DNA of 64,000 nucleotides, from IMG/VR virus record IMGVR_UViG_3300017917_003379. One strand, given 5' to 3'. Below, piece after piece: positions 57,840 through 64,000 of this stretch. Numbering within the stretch: position 1 is the stretch's first letter; each line of letters starts with the position of its first letter. Under the pieces are notes generated by a model. It saw only the letters and a program-made list of their open reading frames with translations, searched no databases and was not told where the DNA came from. The DNA comes from a virus. The translations under genes and the position numbers were made by a program.

Positions 57840-58196
57840 ATGGCAACATATACCCCATCGCAGCTACAAGGATTAGGTTCACTTGGAGAAAATATAAATA
57901 GCGGTGTTACTAAAACATTTACTTTTAATAATAACGCTCCTACAACAAATTATTTTACTCTTGAAACTATACCTAACGCTAGTGGATTTTATGTTAGTGG
58001 CTCAACGCCACGAAACATAGAAGGTAGTTGGATAGTATCCGCTTCTATGCTTCCAGGATTCATAACATCTTCTTATGTAGCATCTGTTGTAGTTCCTCCT
58101 GGTAACTCATCATTAACTTTTACTCCTACAAATAATGTAGTTGGTGCTACATATTATTTAAAAGGAACAGGAAATTTAACTTTAACGATATCTTAA
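57840..58196 (+). CDS. Beta-rich putative virion decoration protein
   Basis: Single gene behind ATATTTAT. Ser/Thr/Gly-rich. Confidence 0.5.
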   Translation: MATYTPSQLQGLGSLGENINSGVTKTFTFNNNAPTTNYFTLETIPNASGFYVSGSTPRNIEGSWIVSASMLPGFITSSYVASVVVPPGNSSLTFTPTNNVVGATYYLKGTGNLTLTIS

Positions 58197-58233
58197 ATTT
58201 GGATTGTCAAAAAAGTTATTTTAAATTTAAGTT

Positions 58234-59166
58234 ATGAAAAAGCAACACACACTCTGGATTGAAAAATATCGTAGCCAAACTTTAGAACAATACATCGGAA
58301 ACGATGCGGTTAAAAACCGCATCTCCGATTGTATTGTTAAAAATGACATACCACATTTTATATTTAGTGGAACAGCAGGAACAGGTAAAACAACTTTAGC
58401 TAAACTAATAGTTAATAATATTAAATGTGATTATCTTTACCTTAATGCTTCTGATGAGAATGGCATTGATATGATTCGAGAAAAAGTAAAAGGATTTGCA
58501 TCTTCTGCTACATTTAATCCTATTAAAGTAGTAATATTAGATGAAGCTGATTTTCTTACTCAGCCTGCTCAGGCCGCTCTTCGCAACATTATTGAAGAAT
58601 ATTCAGCTACTACACGTTTTGTTTTAACATGTAACTATGTTGAGCGTTTAATTGAACCACTTACTTCACGTTGTGAAACTCATATTTTAAAACCACCATC
58701 AATGCCTGATGTAGCAAGACATATTTGTACAAATATATTAGATGTTGAAGGTGTAAAATATGATATTAAAAACATAGCGTTATTAATTAAAGAATATTAT
58801 CCTGATATTCGATCAATCATTAAATATCTTCAAGCAGGAGTTAAAGATGGTGAGTTTAAATGGATTGAACTTGACACTAATTGGTTTGTTAAAATTATTG
58901 AAGTATTAAAAAAACCAACTAAAAACAGTTGGGTAGAAATGCGACAAATAATTGCTGATGCTCAAGTAGATGACTATCAACCTCTAATAGAATACTTATT
59001 TGAAAATGTAGATAAATATGGCAAAGGAAATGAAGCAGAAATAATTATAGAATTAGATGAAGCTCAATATCGTTCTCGAGTAGTACCTGATAAAGAAATT
59101 AATATATCTTCTCTATTAGTTAAAATTCTACGAATATTAGAAAACAAAACATTAATAAAAGGATAA
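58234..59166 (+). CDS. Clamp loader AAA+ subunit (gp44/RFC-like)
   Basis: WIEKYR, GTAGTGKTT, NASDE, ILDEAD, SRC. Confidence 0.93.
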   Translation: MKKQHTLWIEKYRSQTLEQYIGNDAVKNRISDCIVKNDIPHFIFSGTAGTGKTTLAKLIVNNIKCDYLYLNASDENGIDMIREKVKGFASSATFNPIKVVILDEADFLTQPAQAALRNIIEEYSATTRFVLTCNYVERLIEPLTSRCETHILKPPSMPDVARHICTNILDVEGVKYDIKNIALLIKEYYPDIRSIIKYLQAGVKDGEFKWIELDTNWFVKIIEVLKKPTKNSWVEMRQIIADAQVDDYQPLIEYLFENVDKYGKGNEAEIIIELDEAQYRSRVVPDKEINISSLLVKILRILENKTLIKG

Positions 59167-59172
59167 AATAAT

Positions 59173-59409
59173 ATGAGCCAAGAACAAATGAATCTAAACA
59201 TTAGTTTAGATAAAACAATTGAATTAAAATGTGACGAATGTGGTAATTCTGCTTTTCAAGAAGTAGTATTACTTCGTAAAGCATCTCGCTTTATTACAGG
59301 TACATCTCAAGATGCTATGATTCCTATTCCTGTATTTGCATGTAGTAAGTGTGGGCATGTAAATGAAGAATTTCTTCCTATGCAACTTAGAAATAACAGT
59401 AATGCTTAA
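59173..59409 (+). CDS. Zinc-ribbon protein
   Basis: CDECG..CSKCGH. Confidence 0.65.
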   Translation: MSQEQMNLNISLDKTIELKCDECGNSAFQEVVLLRKASRFITGTSQDAMIPIPVFACSKCGHVNEEFLPMQLRNNSNA

Positions 59410-59674
59410 AACAATTAAAAAAATACTTAAAATGGCAACTAAACAAGAACTAGAACAGCAACTAGCAGAAGCTGTAGCAACTGCTCAAAGATTAAATGAT
59501 GAACTTAAATTAACAAGAGCAGAAAACAATCATTTAAAGGAAGAAAACAATTCATTAAATAATAATCTAATTGAGGCTATCGAACGAGTAAGATATTTAG
59601 ATGGCCAAATAAGAATGTTAGAATCACAAAGAACAGCATCAACTAAATATTCTGATAAAGATAAAAACTATTAA
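59402..59674 (+). CDS. Coiled-coil hypothetical protein
   Basis: Heptad repeats. Start could be 59402 or 59432. Confidence 0.5.
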   Translation: MLKTIKKILKMATKQELEQQLAEAVATAQRLNDELKLTRAENNHLKEENNSLNNNLIEAIERVRYLDGQIRMLESQRTASTKYSDKDKNY

Positions 59675-60048
59675 TGTCAAATATATTTGATCATCTTAAA
59701 AACATCACAGTAACAAAGGGACCATACTTAGGTGATGAAGGTTGGAATAATCGAATGATTAATCGTTATTTAAGTATGGATCCTGAATATTGTGAAGTAG
59801 TTAACTATATTCAAAAAAATACTTGGCAAATGAAGGGAGAACATTTATATAATTTATATAAAGATCTCATTCCTCAACAATATAAATTTTTAAAATATAT
59901 TAAAGCATCTAAAAAATTAGACTATAAAAAAGAAGAAATAGATGCTATTAAAAAATATTTTGAAATATCTGAAAAACAAGCCAAGGAATATATGAATCTT
60001 CTTCCTAAAGAAGAAATAGAAAATATAACATCTCAAATCATTGGGTAA
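59674..60048 (+). CDS. Clamp loader small subunit (gp62-like)
   Basis: IFDHLKNI, MINRYLSM, FLKYIK, YFEISEKQAKEY. Near the gp44-like gene. Confidence 0.75.
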   Translation: MSNIFDHLKNITVTKGPYLGDEGWNNRMINRYLSMDPEYCEVVNYIQKNTWQMKGEHLYNLYKDLIPQQYKFLKYIKASKKLDYKKEEIDAIKKYFEISEKQAKEYMNLLPKEEIENITSQIIG

Positions 60049-60059
60049 CATTGGCAAAT

Positions 60060-60296
60060 ATGATAAAAACCAACAATACACATAAATTAGACTCAGTAGT
60101 AACATCAATTATAGACCAATTTGTTGAACGTTCTAAAAAAGGTAAAGCTAAGTATGGTGTTGATTTAGATCGTACTGATTTAACTTTACTAGAATGGATT
60201 GAACATGCTAAACAAGAGCATATGGATGCTATTCTATATTTAGAAAAAATAAAACAAGAATATACAACAAGTGGCAACCAAGAAGAAGTTATCTGA
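60060..60296 (+). CDS. MazG-like all-alpha nucleotide pyrophosphohydrolase (putative)
   Basis: R...G..KYG..LDR...WIEHAKQEHMDAILY acidic helix motif. Confidence 0.5.
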   Translation: MIKTNNTHKLDSVVTSIIDQFVERSKKGKAKYGVDLDRTDLTLLEWIEHAKQEHMDAILYLEKIKQEYTTSGNQEEVI

Positions 60297-61212
60297 AATT
60301 GAATTAAAGATAAAAAAACATACTTTACCTGAAATAAACTATTCATTTCAACGTACTGTATCTTATTCTCAATATTCAATATATTCTACATGTCCTCATC
60401 AATGGTATTTAACCTATGTAGAAAATAAATCACCATATCAAGCTTCTATTCATACTGTATTTGGTACAGCATTTCATGAAACTCTTCAGCAGTATATTGA
60501 AGTAATGTATAACCAAAGTGGAGCAGCAGCCGATAGGCTAGATTTAGAAAATATATTTACAGAGAGATTTAGAGAAACATACAAAACAGAATACGAAAAA
60601 ACAAAACAACATTTTAGCAATGCCACAGAAATGAGAGAATTTTATGATGATGGTGTTGCTATTTTAAAATGGATTAAATCTAAAAGAAATAGATTATTTA
60701 CAATTCGTAAAGTAAAGTTATTAGGTATTGAGTTACCTTTACTAATAGGGTTAACTAAAAATATATACTTAAAAGGATACATTGATTTTATTTTATATGA
60801 TACTGAATTAGATAAAGTTTATATTTATGACATCAAAACCTCAACAAGGGGGTGGAGCGAAAGAGAAAAGAAGGACGATACTAAACTCTCTCAAATCCTC
60901 CTTTATAAAGAATACTTTGCAAAACAATTCGGATTTGATGTTGATCGAATCGAAGTTGAATTCTTTATTGTCAGACGAAAAATTTGGGAAGAAGCTGAAT
61001 ATCCAATTCCCCGGGTTCAATCCTTCAAGCCCGCTAGTGGAAAATCCAAAAGAAAACAAGCCGTAGATAATTTTACTAACTTTATACAAGATTGTTTTGA
61101 TGAAGTTGGTAAACCTAAAATAAAATCATATATTAAAAATGTAGGTGAAGCTAGCTGTAAATGGTGTCCATACGCTGACAAACCTGATCTTTGCAATAAA
61201 AAAATTAATTAA
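60271..61212 (+). CDS. PD-(D/E)xK nuclease, Cas4/AddB-like
   Basis: SYSQ..CP, GTAFH, GYIDF, YDIKT, Q..LY, C-terminal CKWCP..C. Confidence 0.85.
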   Translation: MATKKKLSEIELKIKKHTLPEINYSFQRTVSYSQYSIYSTCPHQWYLTYVENKSPYQASIHTVFGTAFHETLQQYIEVMYNQSGAAADRLDLENIFTERFRETYKTEYEKTKQHFSNATEMREFYDDGVAILKWIKSKRNRLFTIRKVKLLGIELPLLIGLTKNIYLKGYIDFILYDTELDKVYIYDIKTSTRGWSEREKKDDTKLSQILLYKEYFAKQFGFDVDRIEVEFFIVRRKIWEEAEYPIPRVQSFKPASGKSKRKQAVDNFTNFIQDCFDEVGKPKIKSYIKNVGEASCKWCPYADKPDLCNKKIN

Positions 61213-61213
61213 A

Positions 61214-62218
61214 ATGATTAATTACGCTCATGTAATTGTTGATCTTCAAGCAGGAGATACTGGTAAAGGTAAAGTAGCTCATTCCTTATTGAAAACAAAT
61301 CAATATACCCATGTTATTAGATATAACGGTGGTGGTAATGCTGGTCATACTGTTTACCACAATGGTAAAAAAGTAGTAACACATTTTGTTCCTATGGGGG
61401 TATTATATAATGTTAAATCCATTATAGGACCAGGATGTGTAGTTGATCCTGTTAAATTAAAACAAGAAATTAAAGAATTAGAATCTTTAGGATTTAATAT
61501 CAAAGAAAATCTTTTTATTGATAAAAGAACCCACATTATCACAGAAGAATATAAAATTGAAGATTCACAAGATACTACTATTGGTACTACAAAAACAGGT
61601 AATGGTCCCACATACAGGAACAAATATAATAGAACAGGAATTAGAGCAGAAAATTGTGAAGAATTAAAAGAATTAATTATCGACATATATGAAGAACTTC
61701 ATGGTTTAGATCAAACTAGAATATTATTCGAAGGTGCTCAAGGATTTGAATTAGATGTTGATTGGGGTGATTACCCATATGTTACTTCTTCTCATTGTAC
61801 TGTAGGTAGCGCCATTATGAATGGTGTACCTCCTCAGAAAATTTTAAAAATATATGGTACAGCAAAAGCGTATAAAACATATGTAGGTAATAAAAAATTT
61901 GAAATACCTTCAGAAATTTTTAGTAAAATGAGAGAAATAGGTCAAGAATATGGAGCAACAACTGGTAGGCCAAGACAAATTGGTTGGATGAACATTAATG
62001 ATATGATACGAGCAATCAACATTAATGGAGTTACTGATTTGATTATAAATAAGCTAGATATATTAGAGCAAATTAACAGATTTAACATTATTAATAACAA
62101 TAATATTATTACATTTAATAATGCAGATGATTTTAAAAAATACATAAATAATATTATTATTAGCCATTGTGAAACAGTAAAAGAAATTAAATTTAGCAGC
62201 AGTGCTTATGAAATATAA
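61214..62218 (+). CDS. purA: Short adenylosuccinate synthetase (PurA-type)
   Basis: DLQAGDTGKGK, GGGNAGHT, IGTT..G.GP, EGAQG, YPYVTSS, GATTGRPR, NKLD. Confidence 0.85.
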   Translation: MINYAHVIVDLQAGDTGKGKVAHSLLKTNQYTHVIRYNGGGNAGHTVYHNGKKVVTHFVPMGVLYNVKSIIGPGCVVDPVKLKQEIKELESLGFNIKENLFIDKRTHIITEEYKIEDSQDTTIGTTKTGNGPTYRNKYNRTGIRAENCEELKELIIDIYEELHGLDQTRILFEGAQGFELDVDWGDYPYVTSSHCTVGSAIMNGVPPQKILKIYGTAKAYKTYVGNKKFEIPSEIFSKMREIGQEYGATTGRPRQIGWMNINDMIRAININGVTDLIINKLDILEQINRFNIINNNNIITFNNADDFKKYINNIIISHCETVKEIKFSSSAYEI

Positions 62219-63533
62219 TATAAAAAATATTTCACCAATTGATGGACGATATTCAAATCAAATAAGTCATTTAAGTGAATATTTTTCAGAATACGCTTTA
62301 ATAAAAGAAAGAGTTAAGATTGAAATCCTTTATATTAAGCAACTTTCAGAATGGGGAATATGTACAATACCTTCAATTAATTTGTTAGACAGTATTTATT
62401 TAAACTTTAATGAAAATGAAGCTAATATTATAAAAGAAATTGAAAATAAAACTAATCACGACATTAAAGCAATTGAATATTATATAAAGCGCAAAATGAA
62501 ATATCTTAGCCTTTCAGATTATACGCAGTGGATTCATTTTGGATTAACATCACAAGATATAAATAACACAGCAGTACCTTGTCTTTGGCTAAGATTTATT
62601 ACTGATTTATATATCCCAACTTTACAAACACTCATAGTAAAATTAAAAACATTAGCATACACTTGGTGGAAAGTTCCTATGCTATCCAGAACACATGGGC
62701 AGCCCGCTTCACCTACTACAATGGGTAAGGAGATTATGGTGTTTGTAGAAAGGTTAGAGAATCAAATTATTCTTTTAAACAATATACCTCATACAGGTAA
62801 GTTTGGCGGGGCAGTTGGTAATTTTAACGCACATTACATTGCATTCCCTAAAATTAATTGGAACCATTTCGCAGATGAATTTTTAAAGCAAAAATTAAGT
62901 CTTAAACGCCAACAATATACAACACAAATTGAACATTATGACAACTTATCGGCAAGTTTTGATACGTTAAAAAGAATAAATACAATTCTTTTAGATTTAT
63001 CAAAGGACATGTGGCAATATATTAGTTATGGTTACTTTAAATTAGAAACAAAAGAAGATGAGATTGGAAGTAGTGTAATGCCTCATAAGGTAAATCCAAT
63101 TAACTTTGAAAACGCTGAAGGTAATTTAGGAATTGCAAATGCAAATTTTGAATTTTTATCATCAAAATTGCCTGTTTCGAGATTACAACGAGATTTATCG
63201 GATTCTACTGCAATAAGAAACATTGGAGTTCCAATCGCACATACTTTTATCGCATTAAATTCAATAAATACAGGACTTAAACGACTTGTAATAGATAAAC
63301 ATGTTATGTCTTCTGAATTAGAAAATAATTGGTGTGTTATTACTGAAGCAATACAGACGATATTAAGAAGAGAAGGTCATGCCGATTCTTATGAAATTGT
63401 AAAATCTTTTAGTAAAAGTTTTGTAAATAAAGAAAAAATACGTAAATTTATATCAGAGTTAGATATAAAAGATTCTGTAAAGACAGAATTATTAAATATA
63501 GTACCTCAAACCTATTTAGGAACATTGTTGTAG
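62208..63533 (+). CDS. purB: Adenylosuccinate lyase
   Basis: ISPIDGRY, TNHDIKA, HFGLTSQDINN, RTHGQPA, GSSVMPHKVNP, SRLQRDLSDS. Confidence 0.95.
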   Translation: MKYNIKNISPIDGRYSNQISHLSEYFSEYALIKERVKIEILYIKQLSEWGICTIPSINLLDSIYLNFNENEANIIKEIENKTNHDIKAIEYYIKRKMKYLSLSDYTQWIHFGLTSQDINNTAVPCLWLRFITDLYIPTLQTLIVKLKTLAYTWWKVPMLSRTHGQPASPTTMGKEIMVFVERLENQIILLNNIPHTGKFGGAVGNFNAHYIAFPKINWNHFADEFLKQKLSLKRQQYTTQIEHYDNLSASFDTLKRINTILLDLSKDMWQYISYGYFKLETKEDEIGSSVMPHKVNPINFENAEGNLGIANANFEFLSSKLPVSRLQRDLSDSTAIRNIGVPIAHTFIALNSINTGLKRLVIDKHVMSSELENNWCVITEAIQTILRREGHADSYEIVKSFSKSFVNKEKIRKFISELDIKDSVKTELLNIVPQTYLGTLL

Positions 63534-63592
63534 GTTTTATATTTTTGTATATATTTATGGAAGGATATATTATTACCTATATATAAATATAT

Positions 63593-64000
63593 ATGATACA
63601 ACGAGACACAGATATAAGATATTGCGGAATATATAAAATTACTAATCCAAATGGTAAAATATATATTGGTAAATCTAAAGACATTGAATATAGATTTATA
63701 CAATATTATTTATTAGATAAAAGAGTAATTGGAATAAAGTTATTTAATTCACTTCAAAAATATGGTTGGGATAATCATATATTTGAAATAATTGAAGAAT
63801 GTGATAAAACTCAATTAAATGAGCGAGAAATATATTGGATTCAACAATGTGGTTCTGTTGAAAACGGATTAAATCTAAAATATGGTGGTGATGGTGGAGA
63901 TTGGTCTGATGAATTAAAACAAAAGGCTTCTATAAATAGGATAGGAAAATCTTCTCCATTAAAAGGAAAACCTCGTTCATTTAAAGGAAGAATATCTCCT
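63593..64000 (+). mobile_element. GIY-YIG homing endonuclease, 3'-truncated by the window edge
   Basis: Read manually: MIQRDTDIRYCGIYKITNPNGKIYIGKSKDIEYRF..LNEREIYWI..NGLN..GG. Frame is open to the window end. Confidence 0.85.

Noticed and set aside
60271-61212. CRISPR-Cas system suggested by the Cas4-like gene
   Set aside because: No array or other cas genes were seen. Solo Cas4-like nucleases are common in phages.
61214-62218. Calling the synthetase PurZ (Z-genome)
   Set aside because: The catalytic Asp, TTGRxR and KLD are PurA-type, and no HD-family dATPase is visible in the window. Kept only as an open substrate question.
545-63703. Minus-strand ORFs and short alternative-frame ORFs in the track (e.g. 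7656-8189, 4198-4644, 17091-17273, 60827-61066)
   Set aside because: Nearly all lie within well-supported + strand genes and show shadow composition (for example poly-Ser opposite poly-Glu) with no recognisable motifs.
1-64000. Stop-codon reassignment
   Set aside because: Core genes are intact in the standard code. TAG (10811, 24260, 33232, 63533) and TGA (4831, 23080, 53762) act as real stops.

Overview
This is a 64-kb fragment of a large, AT-rich, T4-like (contractile-tailed) phage genome, with every credible gene on the + strand. The host is probably Bacteroidota, judged from -33/-7-type promoters, scarce Shine-Dalgarno sites and a Cys-less QueC. Bases 1-33.2 kb hold the virion module: portal, prohead protease, scaffold, major capsid, PhoH, neck, fibre, sheath, tube, a frameshift-linked chaperone pair, tape measure and baseplate hub with a cell-wall hydrolase. 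Bases 33.3-64 kb hold replication and metabolism genes: a divergent PolA-fold protein plus PolB, SSB, UvsX, 5'-3' exonuclease, helicase, clamp and loader, class II RNR, a 7-deazaguanine cluster (QueD, TGT/DpdA-like, QueC, QueE, FolE), Hsp20/GroES/GroEL/ClpP, PurA+PurB and a GIY-YIG nuclease. The main candidate for a new system is a modular head-cargo system. About ten small genes, several inserted singly behind an ATATTTAT late-promoter-like motif, carry short Glu-terminated leaders, some of which copy motifs of the scaffold protein. Their payloads are unrelated and include an ADP-ribosyltransferase-like domain and a cryptic lipoprotein. All calls come from reading motifs by eye; no searches were run.
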